Shown: piece after piece, positions 10,536-20,889 of the stretch
Layout of the letters: each line of letters begins with the position of its first letter
Position numbering within the stretch: position 1 is the stretch's first letter
Origin: Candidatus Undinarchaeales archaeon
Lineage (GTDB): Archaea > Undinarchaeota > Undinarchaeia > Undinarchaeales > JALTGF01
Direction of reading: 5' to 3'
Length of the DNA stretch: 64,000 nucleotides
NCBI GenBank assembly: GCA_046483005.1
Contig: JAWOEA010000004.1
Coordinates: 23,323 to 87,322, forward strand
Notes under the pieces: generated by a model
Database searches by the model: none
Seen by the model: only the letters and a program-made list of their open reading frames with translations
Told to the model about the DNA's origin: nothing
Program-made: the position numbers and the translations under genes

Positions 10536-10707
10536 TATATTTCCCTCAAGTATGAAATGATGAAAGTGTTACTATTTAAGGTTTTGGGTGGTATTTACTC
10601 AGGAAAGAGTGGAAAAGCTCTGCCGATGTCGGTTTTTAGAAAACACCCCCAAATTAACTGAGTTCAGTTAAAAAAAGTTTATAAAATCAAAAGCACGCAG
10701 TATAACT

Positions 10708-11415
10708 ATGAATATTTTTAAAAAAGAGGAAAAAGAAGAATTTGACCTCAAACCGGAAGCAATACCGACAGGCTGCACTAAATTAGACAAACTCATAGGA
10801 GATGGATTACAGACTAAAATATTAAGTCACGTTTACGGAAAGCCAGGGTCTGGAAAGACCAATTTATGTATAAGTACGGCAATAGAATGCGCCAAACTTG
10901 GAAGAAAAGTTGCATATATAGACACTGAAGGTGGTTTTAACTATGTCAGACTAAGACAAATGTGCAAAGACGATGATTTAATAAACAAAATAGTTATTGC
11001 CCAGCCAAAAAGTTTTGAGGAGCAGTTAAAACTTGTTAAAAGGCTTCCTAAACTGCTGAATACTGATTTTAGTTTAGTTGTCCTAGATTCAGCCGTAAGT
11101 TTATACAGATTGAACGTAAACGGTTCAAGAGAGGACATAATAAAATTCAGCCGGAAGCTGGCGAAACAGGCTGCGTGGCTGACTCAGCTCGCTTCAGAAA
11201 AAAAAGTGGCAGTTATTGCTACAAACCACGTTTATGATTCTTTTAATAAGAAAGGAGTTTCGCCGGTCGGCGGAGACACTTTAATGTACTGGTCCAAAAT
11301 GATTTTGAACATTGAAAAGAAAAGGAAGAACAGGAAAGCTTCTTTAGTAAAACACCCATTTATGCCGGATGGGAAAAGTATTAAATTCAGAATTACCAAT
11401 TCTGGCTTGGAATGA
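10708..11415 (+). CDS. radB: RadB recombination mediator
   Basis: GKPGSGKT, YIDTEG and C-terminal KHP motif. Lacks the RadA N-domain. Confidence 0.93.
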   Translation: MNIFKKEEKEEFDLKPEAIPTGCTKLDKLIGDGLQTKILSHVYGKPGSGKTNLCISTAIECAKLGRKVAYIDTEGGFNYVRLRQMCKDDDLINKIVIAQPKSFEEQLKLVKRLPKLLNTDFSLVVLDSAVSLYRLNVNGSREDIIKFSRKLAKQAAWLTQLASEKKVAVIATNHVYDSFNKKGVSPVGGDTLMYWSKMILNIEKKRKNRKASLVKHPFMPDGKSIKFRITNSGLE

Positions 11416-12320
11416 CCAGCCTTAAAACTGAACTTGCCGGAGTAAAATTAAAAAATCCAACTGTTTTAGCTGCGGGAATTTTAGGAAATACTAAAGAGTT
11501 GTTGGAAAGAGTTTCTAAATCAGGAGCAGGAGCTGTAACAACTAAATCAATTTCCTTAAACCCCAGAAAAGGAAACAAAACTCCTAATGTAATTGAAATT
11601 GAGCAAGGTTTATTAAATTCAATGGGTCTGCCGAATCCCGGAATTGATTCATTTTTAGCTGAAATAGAAGGAATAAAAACTGATTCTGCTTTGATTGTTT
11701 CAGTAGCTGGAGAAAAAACAAAAGAATTTGTCAAGGTTTCTAAAAAATTTGGAGATGTTCCTGACATTATCGAACTTAATTTGAGCTGTCCGAATGTTGA
11801 AGGAGGAATGCTTTTCTGTCAGGACAAAAAGCTTGCAGGAAAGGTTGTTAAAAAAGTCAAGAAAAAAACAGAAGTTCCTGTCTTTGTAAAGCTCGGCCCG
11901 AATGTAAATAATATTTCTGAAATTGCAAAGGCGGTTGAATCTGCAGGAGCAGACGGAATTACTGCGGTAAACACCATGCCGGCGATGGCAATTGATTTGG
12001 AGACAGGAAAAGCGATTTTCAACAGAAAAACCGGTGGATTGTCCGGACCTGCATTAAAACCAATTGCTTTGAGGTGCGTTTATGAGATTGCAAAAACCGT
12101 TGATATTCCAGTAATTGGAACCGGAGGAATAAGCTCCGGAGAAGACGCCGCGGAAATGCTTATGGCTGGAGCAAAAGCTGTAGGAATTGGAACTGCAGTA
12201 TGGAACCACGATTTTGATGTTTTTAATAAAGTAAATGAAGAATTAGAAGAATATATGAATAGAAAAAGGTTTAAAAGGTTAGAAGATTTAGTAGGATTGA
12301 CGATTAAAGGAGGTAAATAA
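11412..12320 (+). CDS. pyrD: Dihydroorotate dehydrogenase 1B catalytic subunit
   Basis: TTKS, ELNLSCPN, GGLSGPALKP. Confidence 0.96.
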   Translation: MTSLKTELAGVKLKNPTVLAAGILGNTKELLERVSKSGAGAVTTKSISLNPRKGNKTPNVIEIEQGLLNSMGLPNPGIDSFLAEIEGIKTDSALIVSVAGEKTKEFVKVSKKFGDVPDIIELNLSCPNVEGGMLFCQDKKLAGKVVKKVKKKTEVPVFVKLGPNVNNISEIAKAVESAGADGITAVNTMPAMAIDLETGKAIFNRKTGGLSGPALKPIALRCVYEIAKTVDIPVIGTGGISSGEDAAEMLMAGAKAVGIGTAVWNHDFDVFNKVNEELEEYMNRKRFKRLEDLVGLTIKGGK

Positions 12321-12321
12321 A

Positions 12322-12540
12322 TTGGCAGCAAGAGATAAAATCTTCGGAGGGTTGTTGAGTCTTTTAGCAGTACTCGTTGCAGTGATTTATTTCTACGGAA
12401 TGTGGTACGGCTATGCTCTGCTTGCAGTTCAGGTTGTTGTCTCAGTAATTTTCATAGGACTGATGGCCATGATATTCTGGATGGGATATACAATAGCCAC
12501 AACACCTACCATAGAAGAAATTAAAAAGCGAAAGAAATAG
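12322..12540 (+). CDS. Small two-TM membrane protein
   Basis: TTG start behind a GGAGGT Shine-Dalgarno. Two hydrophobic helices, WMGYTIATTP. Confidence 0.75.
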   Translation: MAARDKIFGGLLSLLAVLVAVIYFYGMWYGYALLAVQVVVSVIFIGLMAMIFWMGYTIATTPTIEEIKKRKK

Positions 12541-12544
12541 GCTG

Positions 12545-13333
12545 ATGGCCTCTAAACAGAGAACGTACGAAATAACAGAGATTATAGAAGAGACTCCGAA
12601 TGTAAAGTCATTTATTTTTGATTTTGAACAGACCGCCCAGCCGGGGCAATTTTTAATGGTATGGGTTCCTGATTTTGAAGAAATTCCCATGAGTGTTTCT
12701 TACTGCTCTGACAACAAAATAGGAATTAGTGTTTATGCGGTCGGAGAAACTACTGAAAGACTGCATGAAATGAAAGAAGGAGATTATGTTGGGCTGAGAG
12801 GACCTTACGGAACTAGCTTTGAGCCGAAAGGAGACAAAGTTGCAGTTATTGGAGGGGGGTGCGGTTCAGCTCCACTTGGATACTTGGTTGAAAGTTTCTT
12901 TGATGAAAATGTTGAAGTTCATGCTTTGCTTGGAGCCGGAACGAGAGACAATCTGCTTTTCAAAGACAGATTAGGAAAACTCCCTTATGCCGACATTCAT
13001 TGCGCAACAGATGACGGGAGTTGCGGGCATGAAGGATTCATTACAGAAGTTTTCAAAACTTTGACTGAAAAACACAAATTTGACAGAGTTTACACCTGTG
13101 GTCCTGAAATAATGATGAAAAAAGTTTATGATATCTGCAGGAAGAAAAAGATAGACCTGCAGGCAAGTCTTGAAAGATATATGAAATGCGGGCTTGGTAT
13201 CTGCGGAAGCTGTGCAATTGACGGATATTTAGTATGTAAAGACGGACCGGTATTTGGTATGGAAGACCTGAATAAAATGAGTGAATTTGGAAAGAAGAAA
13301 AGAGACAGGTCAGGATGTCATGTTAAAGTATGA
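12545..13333 (+). CDS. pyrK: Dihydroorotate dehydrogenase electron transfer subunit
   Basis: PGQF, RGPYG, CGPEIMM, CGLGICGSC...CKDGPVF. Confidence 0.96.
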   Translation: MASKQRTYEITEIIEETPNVKSFIFDFEQTAQPGQFLMVWVPDFEEIPMSVSYCSDNKIGISVYAVGETTERLHEMKEGDYVGLRGPYGTSFEPKGDKVAVIGGGCGSAPLGYLVESFFDENVEVHALLGAGTRDNLLFKDRLGKLPYADIHCATDDGSCGHEGFITEVFKTLTEKHKFDRVYTCGPEIMMKKVYDICRKKKIDLQASLERYMKCGLGICGSCAIDGYLVCKDGPVFGMEDLNKMSEFGKKKRDRSGCHVKV

Positions 13334-14544
13334 ATGCTGATTTAATTTTAAAAAATGGGAAAGTAGTTAGAGAAAAAGGAATTGTTGAAGCCGATATTTT
13401 AATTGAAAACGGAAAAATTCTTGACTTAAAAAAGACAGGAGGTAAAGCAGAAGAAAAAATTGACTGCAAAGGAAAATTAATTCTGCCTGGTCTGATAGAT
13501 CCGCATGTTCATTTTAGAGAACCGGGACAGATTCATAAAGAAGACTTTTCAACCGGTTCAATGTCTGCTGCTTTCGGCGGAGTCACCACTGTATTAGATA
13601 TGCCAAATAATTCTCCATTCATTGATACTAAAAGAAGATTTATTGGAAAAAAAGAGCTTGTTGAAAAGAAAAGCTGTGTTGATTTTGGATTATTCTTTGG
13701 AATTTCAACATATGGAAAGGATGAAATCAACGAAGTTGATCCGATTGGGTACAAATTTTATACTGCAGAAGAAGAGCTTGCGCCCCTTCCTGAACTGCAG
13801 TATGCGATGAATCAGGTTGAAAACAAAATTTTTGCAGTTCATCCGGAAGACCCTGAAATTATTGAAAGAGAGGACAGGGGAACTCCTCTTGCAGAATATT
13901 CAGCAATTAAAAAGGTTCTTGAGCTTGATTCAGGAACAAATAAAATTCATTTCTGTCATGTAACCAGTTCCAAAAGTGTTGAACTTTCTGGAGATGCAAC
14001 ATGCGAAGTTACACCTCATCATTTATTTTTAGACAAAAAATTTGCAAAAGAGAATGCAGGCTTTGGAAAAGTTCATCCGCCTCTAAGAAAAAAACTGGAA
14101 ATTGACAGTTTATGGAACAGTTTGAATAAAGTTGATTCTCTTGCTACTGATCATGCACCCCATACAATTGAGGAAAAGAAAGATGAAAATCCCCCTCCTG
14201 GTTTTCCGGGAGTTGAAACTCTGCTTCCTTTAATGGCGGATGCTGTTTCGGAAGGCAGATTAACCTGGGAAGAATTAGTCAGACTTTTAACAGGAGGAGC
14301 AGAAATTTACGGTCTTGAAAAAAAAGGGAAGATTAAAGAAGGTTTCGATGCAGACTTTGCAATTCTGGACAGAAAAAAAGAATGGGAGATTAAAGCAGAT
14401 AAATTGCATTCAAAATGCGGATGGACCCCTTACGAAGGAAGAAAAGTTAAAGGCAAATTAGAAAAAACTATTTTAAGAGGGAAGGTAATTGTTGAACAGA
14501 GAGAATTCTTTGGCAGAAAAGGATTTGGAGGATACTTGAAATGA
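13330..14544 (+). CDS. pyrC: Dihydroorotase
   Basis: DPHVHFREPG, DMPN, EVTPHHL, TDHAPH. Confidence 0.95.
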   Translation: MNADLILKNGKVVREKGIVEADILIENGKILDLKKTGGKAEEKIDCKGKLILPGLIDPHVHFREPGQIHKEDFSTGSMSAAFGGVTTVLDMPNNSPFIDTKRRFIGKKELVEKKSCVDFGLFFGISTYGKDEINEVDPIGYKFYTAEEELAPLPELQYAMNQVENKIFAVHPEDPEIIEREDRGTPLAEYSAIKKVLELDSGTNKIHFCHVTSSKSVELSGDATCEVTPHHLFLDKKFAKENAGFGKVHPPLRKKLEIDSLWNSLNKVDSLATDHAPHTIEEKKDENPPPGFPGVETLLPLMADAVSEGRLTWEELVRLLTGGAEIYGLEKKGKIKEGFDADFAILDRKKEWEIKADKLHSKCGWTPYEGRKVKGKLEKTILRGKVIVEQREFFGRKGFGGYLK

Positions 14545-15416
14545 AAAAAATTGTAATACCATGCGAAAAAACTGAAAGCCTTGCTATTGATATTGCTGAA
14601 AAAATTGACGGAAGACTTGCAAGCTATGAAGACAGGAGATTTCCGGATAATGAATTTTATTTCAGGGTTGAAACTGACTTAAAAGGAAAAGAAGCAGTCA
14701 TTGTCCAAACAGGCTACCCGGATCCGAACTCATCAGTTGTTGAACTTTTGATTATTGCAGATGCCTGCAGACACCATGGAGCTGAAAAAATTACAGCAGT
14801 TATTCCATATGTTCCTTATGCAAGACAGGATAAGAGATTTGAAAAGGGCGAAGCATTCAGTTTGGAAACTATTGGCAACTTAATGAAAAATGTTGGAATT
14901 GATAAAGTAATTACAGTTGATACTCATTTCAAAAGGGAATACGGAAAGTATGATTTCTTTGGAATTAAAGCAGTGAATATAAGCGCAGGCGTTCCTTTAG
15001 TTAAATTCATTAAAAAGAAATTTGATGTGAAAGAACTGCATATAATTTCTCCTGATTTAGGAGCTTCTGAAATGATTGATAATGCAGCAAAGAAAACTAA
15101 ATCAAAAAAGGCTAAGCTAAAGAAAGTCAGAAAAGGAGATTATGATGTTGAAATGACCGGAAAGCTTGAAGTTAAAGGAAAGAATGTTCTTGTCTTGGAT
15201 GATATTATTAGTACAGGTGGAACCATGGAAAAGGCAGTAAACAGAGCAAAAGATGCGGGAGCAAAAAAAGTTTTCGCCGCTGCAACGCACGGTTTATTTG
15301 TTTCGGATGCCATGACCAGATTAAAAAAAGCATCCAGTTATGTTGTTACAACTGATTCAATTGAAAATGATACTGCCGAAGTTACTCTGACAGATGAAAT
15401 TGTGAAGGTTCTTTAA
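14541..15416 (+). CDS. prs: Ribose-phosphate pyrophosphokinase
   Basis: FPDNE, YARQD, SPDLGA, DDIISTGGT. Confidence 0.96.
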   Translation: MKKIVIPCEKTESLAIDIAEKIDGRLASYEDRRFPDNEFYFRVETDLKGKEAVIVQTGYPDPNSSVVELLIIADACRHHGAEKITAVIPYVPYARQDKRFEKGEAFSLETIGNLMKNVGIDKVITVDTHFKREYGKYDFFGIKAVNISAGVPLVKFIKKKFDVKELHIISPDLGASEMIDNAAKKTKSKKAKLKKVRKGDYDVEMTGKLEVKGKNVLVLDDIISTGGTMEKAVNRAKDAGAKKVFAAATHGLFVSDAMTRLKKASSYVVTTDSIENDTAEVTLTDEIVKVL

Positions 15417-16079
15417 ATGGGAAATGAAAAACTAAAAGAAAGAGTAGGAAAGAAAGCTGCTGAATTTATTAAAGGCGGAATGACCGTCGGTCTGGGAACA
15501 GGTTCTACTGTTTTTTATCTTTTAAAAGAGCTGGAAGGAAAGAAAATCAAAGGAGTCTGCACTTCAAAAGATACTGAAAAGAAAGCAGAAAAATTTGGAA
15601 TTAAAACAGCTGATTTAAATGATGTTGAAAAAATTGACATTGCAGTAGACGGAGCAGATGAATTTGATAAGGATTTGAATTTAATAAAAGGCGGAGGCGG
15701 GGCTCTTACCAGAGAAAAAAATATTGATTACAGGGCTGAAAAATTCATTGTTATTGTTGATGAGAGCAAGAAAAAAGAATTTTTAGGAGATTTTGGCCTG
15801 CCAGTTGAGGTCATGCAGTTTTCCTGGAAACATATAAAGAAGGATTTGGAAAAACTGGGAGCCAGAGTGAAAAGAAGGGGCGGAAAAAAACCATTTGTTA
15901 CAGATAATGGAAATTATATTTTAGATGCACAGTTTGAAACCATACTAAAACCTGCAAGACTTGAAAAATTGATTAATGATATTCCAGGCGTTGTTGAAAA
16001 CGGGATATTCAGAAAAGAAAAAGTCAGCATAGTTTTAATGGGAACAGAAAACGGCGTTGAAGAGTTTAAGAAAAACTAA
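15417..16079 (+). CDS. rpiA: Ribose-5-phosphate isomerase A
   Basis: GLGTGST, DGADE, KGGGGALTREK. Confidence 0.97.
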   Translation: MGNEKLKERVGKKAAEFIKGGMTVGLGTGSTVFYLLKELEGKKIKGVCTSKDTEKKAEKFGIKTADLNDVEKIDIAVDGADEFDKDLNLIKGGGGALTREKNIDYRAEKFIVIVDESKKKEFLGDFGLPVEVMQFSWKHIKKDLEKLGARVKRRGGKKPFVTDNGNYILDAQFETILKPARLEKLINDIPGVVENGIFRKEKVSIVLMGTENGVEEFKKN

Positions 16080-16690
16080 GCATACATGTAATCGCAGGGC
16101 GGTTTTGAATCATCATTTATTTCCTGGCCGGTTAATTTTTTAACTCTTTGCCTGCATTTTTCCGCTTCTTTGGTTCTACCTAATTCATCCAAGACAAGTG
16201 CTTTTTGAGTTAATGTAGCAGGGTCATTTTTAACCATTTCAAGTGCAGTATCTAGATATTTGAGAGAAGTTTTTAGTAAGTCTTTTTGTTTAAGCTTTTG
16301 CTTGCCTTTTTGTTTTCTTTCTCTGTACATGTTAAGATGAAGTGTCCCAAGATTATACCAAAGAGGAGGAATGTTTTGATTTATTTCTAATGCTTTTTCA
16401 AAACACTTCTTTGCCTTATCGAACTTTTTAAGAGCATCATAAACGGTGCCTTTGTTAATCCACGCATATACTCCATCAGAATTTACTTCAGTTGCCTTGT
16501 CATAATATTCAAGTGCAGTTTCATAATCACCTAAGTTAAAATAAGAAAGTCCTAGATTTGTAAGAACTTTATATTTATTAAAAGACTCATCCGGAAGAGT
16601 TTCATAAAGGTCAATTGCTTCTTCATAATTTCCCTGCCTAAGGGCGTTGGTTGCTTTTTGCATTATTTCATGAATTTCTGACTTATCCAT
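16076..16690 (-). CDS. Tetratricopeptide repeat protein
   Basis: Repeated NLG..Y...G.Y..A...Y.KA pattern. Confidence 0.88.
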   Translation of the reverse strand: MDKSEIHEIMQKATNALRQGNYEEAIDLYETLPDESFNKYKVLTNLGLSYFNLGDYETALEYYDKATEVNSDGVYAWINKGTVYDALKKFDKAKKCFEKALEINQNIPPLWYNLGTLHLNMYRERKQKGKQKLKQKDLLKTSLKYLDTALEMVKNDPATLTQKALVLDELGRTKEAEKCRQRVKKLTGQEINDDSKPPCDYMYA

Positions 16691-16692
16691 TT

Positions 16693-18792
16693 TTACTTCT
16701 TCTTTTTGCTTTTATTTTTCTTCTTGCTTTTCTTTTTCTTTCCCCAGCTGGCTTTTGAAGGACATTCCGGATCTATGCACATCCGATAATTTTTTCTTTT
16801 GCCTCTTCGAATTACTTCAATTATAGGAAGTCCATCATGCTTGCATTTCTTTTCTGTTTTCACAATTTTTGATTTTTGCGGAAGAGGATATGAAACCGTG
16901 CAGTCAGGATAGCTTGAACAGCCGACAAATTGCTTCCCGGTTCTCTTTGAAACTCTGATTATAAGATTTCCTTTGCATTTTGGACATTTTCCCAATGTTT
17001 TCTGCTCCTTGATTGCATTTCTTTTAGCTTCAACCAGTCGGTTTCCAATTTCTTCTTCATGAGCCTTGAATTTTTTAATTAATTTTTTGAGCGTTTCTTT
17101 TGCTTCAAGTATGACTTCATCCTTGTCCAGTTTTCCGGCCTTTATTTTTTCAATCTGCGTTTCAAACTTCCTTGTGAGGTCTTCGGAAACAATTTCTGGG
17201 ACGTAATCAGTAAGCGTTTCAACAACTCTGCTTCCGAAATTAGTAACTTTGATACTGGACCCTTTAATATAATCTCTATCGTATAAAGTCTGGATAATTT
17301 GAGCCCTTGTTGCCTTTGTTCCTATACTAAGTTTCTCCATTTGCTTGATAATTGTTGCAGGAGAATATCTTTTTGGAGGCTTTGTTTCATCTTCTTTCCT
17401 GTTCAATTTTTTAACTTTGATTTCCTGATCTTTTTTCATTTCAGGAAGCTCTTCTTCCTTTAGTTTTACATATGGCCTGTAGAAATGGTACCAGTTTTCT
17501 TTAACTGTTCTGGCCCCTTTTGCAAAGAAAGGTTCTCCGTTTATGTCGAAAGTTATTTTCTGGAACTGCCTGACTGCCGGCTTTCCAAATGTTGAAAAGA
17601 ATGCTTTTACAATTAAATCATACAGTTTGAAATCTGCTCCGCTGAGGCCTTTTGGAAGCTCGCCTGTTGGATAAATACACGGATGCGCCGGGTCCTTTTT
17701 CTTACCCTCATTCGCCTTTAATTTAGGAGTATCAACTAATTCTGAGGCGTGTTCTTTGTATTTTTTCTGTTTTGCTATTTTTTTAAGAAGCTCCTTGATG
17801 TTTGTTTTAGGAAGTTTTTGAGAACTTGTTCTTGGATAAGAAATTAACCCTTGTTCGTATAAAGTCTGTGCAATTTTCTGAGTTCTTTTAGGGCTGAATT
17901 TGAAAACTCTGTAGGATTCGCTCTGTAAGTCTCCAAGATTTAAAGGATTTGGCGGTTTTCTTGACCTCTTCCTTTTAGAAATTTTTGAAACGACTGCAGT
18001 CTTTCCTTTGCACTTTTCAAAAACATTTTTGGATTCTTTTTCATTAAAGAATTTTTTCTTTTTATGCTTTGCTTCAACCTTGTTTTCAAGAATAGCAGTT
18101 AAAACCCAGAATGGCTTTGGATCGAACTTTTTAATTTCTTTTTCTCTTTCATCTAAAACTTTTAAAGTAGGAGTCTGAACTCTGCCTGCACTTAAAGTAC
18201 TGTATCCTCCTGAAACGGAGGTGTATGCATAGGAAAGAGCTCTTGAAACATTTATTCCATAGAACCAGTCTAATGTATGTCTTGTAATTCCCGCATCTGC
18301 CAGATTAAAATCAAGATGTTCCATTGCATTTTCATATGCCTTCTTGATTTCGCTTTTAGTTAATGTTGAGAATTTCATTCTCTTTGCTTTTTTCAGGCAG
18401 TCCGGTCCGCAGGTAAACTTGATTGCATTATATCCAATAAGTTCTCCTTCAATATCGTAGTCGCACGCAGAAACGTAAGAATCTGCATCTTTTGCAAGCA
18501 TTTTAAGAGTTTGTACATACTGCTTTGTAAATGCAGAAGATTTGCTTGCTTTATAGGAAGGAACCCACTGAATGTCAAAAATAGGATATCCGGAAGAACC
18601 TGGTTTTTCTTTTAAAGTAAAGACATGGCCTACTGCAGGAGCGACTATTATTTTTTGATCTCCTTTGTTTAGAATATAGTAAGAAACTTTTCCCTTTTTC
18701 TTTCTCTGAGGACTTCCATCTGCCAGAGCTGAGGCTATCTTCTGGCTTACTTTCGGTTTCTCTGCTACAATTAACTGATATTTTCCTGTCAT
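16693..18792 (-). CDS. topA: DNA topoisomerase IA
   Basis: AEKP, DYDIEGE, SAGRVQTP, ISYPRT, C-terminal Zn fingers. Confidence 0.97.
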   Translation of the reverse strand: MTGKYQLIVAEKPKVSQKIASALADGSPQRKKKGKVSYYILNKGDQKIIVAPAVGHVFTLKEKPGSSGYPIFDIQWVPSYKASKSSAFTKQYVQTLKMLAKDADSYVSACDYDIEGELIGYNAIKFTCGPDCLKKAKRMKFSTLTKSEIKKAYENAMEHLDFNLADAGITRHTLDWFYGINVSRALSYAYTSVSGGYSTLSAGRVQTPTLKVLDEREKEIKKFDPKPFWVLTAILENKVEAKHKKKKFFNEKESKNVFEKCKGKTAVVSKISKRKRSRKPPNPLNLGDLQSESYRVFKFSPKRTQKIAQTLYEQGLISYPRTSSQKLPKTNIKELLKKIAKQKKYKEHASELVDTPKLKANEGKKKDPAHPCIYPTGELPKGLSGADFKLYDLIVKAFFSTFGKPAVRQFQKITFDINGEPFFAKGARTVKENWYHFYRPYVKLKEEELPEMKKDQEIKVKKLNRKEDETKPPKRYSPATIIKQMEKLSIGTKATRAQIIQTLYDRDYIKGSSIKVTNFGSRVVETLTDYVPEIVSEDLTRKFETQIEKIKAGKLDKDEVILEAKETLKKLIKKFKAHEEEIGNRLVEAKRNAIKEQKTLGKCPKCKGNLIIRVSKRTGKQFVGCSSYPDCTVSYPLPQKSKIVKTEKKCKHDGLPIIEVIRRGKRKNYRMCIDPECPSKASWGKKKKSKKKNKSKKKK

Positions 18793-19988
18793 TGTTTTGG
18801 TGCAGCTCCTGATTTAACAGCTGCTTCTGCAACTGCTTTTGCTTCTGATTTCATTACCTCAAGATTAAGAGGCGAAGGTAATATGTTTGTTTCATTTAAG
18901 TTATCTTCCGAAACAGATGAAGCAAGGGATTTGGCGGCTGCTAATTTCATTTCTTCATTAATTTCGGTTGCTTTTGAATCAAGAGCGCCCCTGAATATGC
19001 CAGGAAAACCTAAAATATTGTTTATCTGGTTTGGATAATCTGACCTTCCGGAAGCGGCTATTTTTGCCCCAGCTGAAACTGCATCTTCGGGCATTATTTC
19101 GGGCTTTGGATTTGCGCAGGCAAAAACTATTGGAGTAGAAGCCATTGATTTTATCATTTTTTCATTAACTAAATTTGGAGCACTTAAACCCAGAAAAACA
19201 TCTGCTCCTTTTAATGCGTCTTCTAAATTTCCTGAAATGTTTTCCTTATTTGTTCTCTCTGACATTTCTTTTTTGTATTCATTCATGTTTTCTTTTCTTC
19301 CCTGGTGGATTATTCCGGAGCTGTCTGAAAGGATTATGTCTTTTACTCCTGCATTCAGGTAGAAATTTGAGCAGGCAATTGCTGCTGCTCCTGCTCCCGA
19401 AACTGCCACTTTTATTTCGTTTATTTTCTTTCCAACAACTTTTAGTGAATTAAGTAGCGCTGCAAGAGTTACAACTGCAGTCCCATGCTGGTCATCGTGA
19501 AAAACTGGAATGTTCAATTTATTTTTTAGTTCGGACTCGATTTTAAAACAATTAGGAGCTGCTATATCTTCCAGATTGATTCCTGCAAAAGATTTTGAAA
19601 GAAGGGAAACAGTATTTATTATTTTTTCAGGGTCTTTTGAATTTAAACAGACTGGAACGGCATCAATTCCGACCATTTCTTTGAAAAGAACACACTTTCC
19701 GGACATGACAGGATAGGCAGCATCCGGACCAATATCTCCTAAGCCTAAGACTGCAGTTCCGTCTGATACAACTGCAAGCATGTTGTCTCTGTTGGTATAT
19801 TTAGAAATATTTTCCGGTTTTTTCTGAATTTCTTCCGAAATTTCTGCAACGCCAGGAGTGTAAGCCATCGACAAATCTTTAAAATTTTTGAGTTCAACCT
19901 TGCTTTTAACTTCTATTTTTCCTTTCTTTTTAGAATGATAATCTAAAACTTCTTTCCTGCTATACTTTGCCCTTTTTTTCATGTTCAA
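18789..19988 (-). CDS. NAD(P)-dependent malic enzyme
   Basis: AYTPGVA, DGTAVLGLG, INLEDI, FHDDQHGTA, GAGAA. Confidence 0.95.
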   Translation of the reverse strand: MNMKKRAKYSRKEVLDYHSKKKGKIEVKSKVELKNFKDLSMAYTPGVAEISEEIQKKPENISKYTNRDNMLAVVSDGTAVLGLGDIGPDAAYPVMSGKCVLFKEMVGIDAVPVCLNSKDPEKIINTVSLLSKSFAGINLEDIAAPNCFKIESELKNKLNIPVFHDDQHGTAVVTLAALLNSLKVVGKKINEIKVAVSGAGAAAIACSNFYLNAGVKDIILSDSSGIIHQGRKENMNEYKKEMSERTNKENISGNLEDALKGADVFLGLSAPNLVNEKMIKSMASTPIVFACANPKPEIMPEDAVSAGAKIAASGRSDYPNQINNILGFPGIFRGALDSKATEINEEMKLAAAKSLASSVSEDNLNETNILPSPLNLEVMKSEAKAVAEAAVKSGAAPKQ

Positions 19989-20889
19989 TTAGTTTCATAA
20001 TTTTTTCAACAAGAAGTTTTCCTACTTTTTCCTGGGCTTCATGAGTTGTTGAACCTAAATGAGGAGTAAAAATAATCTTGCCGCGGACTTCCATTATTTT
20101 GGATTCAAATGGTTTTTTGTCCCAGAACACATCAAGCGCCGCTCCTGCTATTTCCTCATTTTTCAGTGCTTTATAAAGATCATCTTCATTTATAATTCCG
20201 CCTCTTGCTGTATTTATGATATAAGCCGAAGATTTCATTGATATTAGTTCCTTTTCAGAAATCATGTCTTTTGTCTGGCTTGTCAGAGGCAGATGAATTG
20301 TCAGGAAATCGGCTTCTTTAAGCATTTCAATTAGAGAAGTATTCTTTCCATTTACTTTTTCAAGGAAATAAGCATGGGGATTCCTGTCGTGAGCAACTAT
20401 TTTCATTCCAAGAGAAGAAGCAATTTCTGCAACTCTTTTTCCAATTCTTCCTAAACCAATAACTCCGAGGGTTTTCCCTTTTAATTCAAATCCCTTCAAA
20501 GCTTTCTTTTTCCACTCGCCTTCTTTAATTGAATGATCTGCTTCCGGAATGTTTCTTGCCAGCGAAAGCATTAAACCAATTGCCAGTTCTGCAACAGATT
20601 CAGTAGGAGCTTCAGGCGTGTTTATGACTTTGACGCCTTTTTCTTTTGCATATTCCAAATCAATATTGTCTAAACCGACCCCTGCTCTTACAACTGCTCT
20701 CAATTTTGGAGCCACTTCAAGAATATCTTTTGTTATTTTTGTCCTGCTTCTTACAATTATGATATCGTATTTTTTAATTTCTTCAGAAAGTTTTTCAGGA
20801 GATATATTAAAATCAGTTACAACATCAGCTGCCTTTTCTAGTTCTTCAATTGCTTCTTTGCTTATTTTGTCTGCTGCCAAAATTTTCAT
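19960..20889 (-). CDS. serA: D-3-phosphoglycerate dehydrogenase / D-2-hydroxyacid dehydrogenase
   Basis: RAGVGLDNID, GLGRIG, INTARGG, TPHLG. Neighbours are an aminotransferase and SerRS. Confidence 0.85.
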   Translation of the reverse strand: MKILAADKISKEAIEELEKAADVVTDFNISPEKLSEEIKKYDIIIVRSRTKITKDILEVAPKLRAVVRAGVGLDNIDLEYAKEKGVKVINTPEAPTESVAELAIGLMLSLARNIPEADHSIKEGEWKKKALKGFELKGKTLGVIGLGRIGKRVAEIASSLGMKIVAHDRNPHAYFLEKVNGKNTSLIEMLKEADFLTIHLPLTSQTKDMISEKELISMKSSAYIINTARGGIINEDDLYKALKNEEIAGAALDVFWDKKPFESKIMEVRGKIIFTPHLGSTTHEAQEKVGKLLVEKIMKLIEHEKKGKV

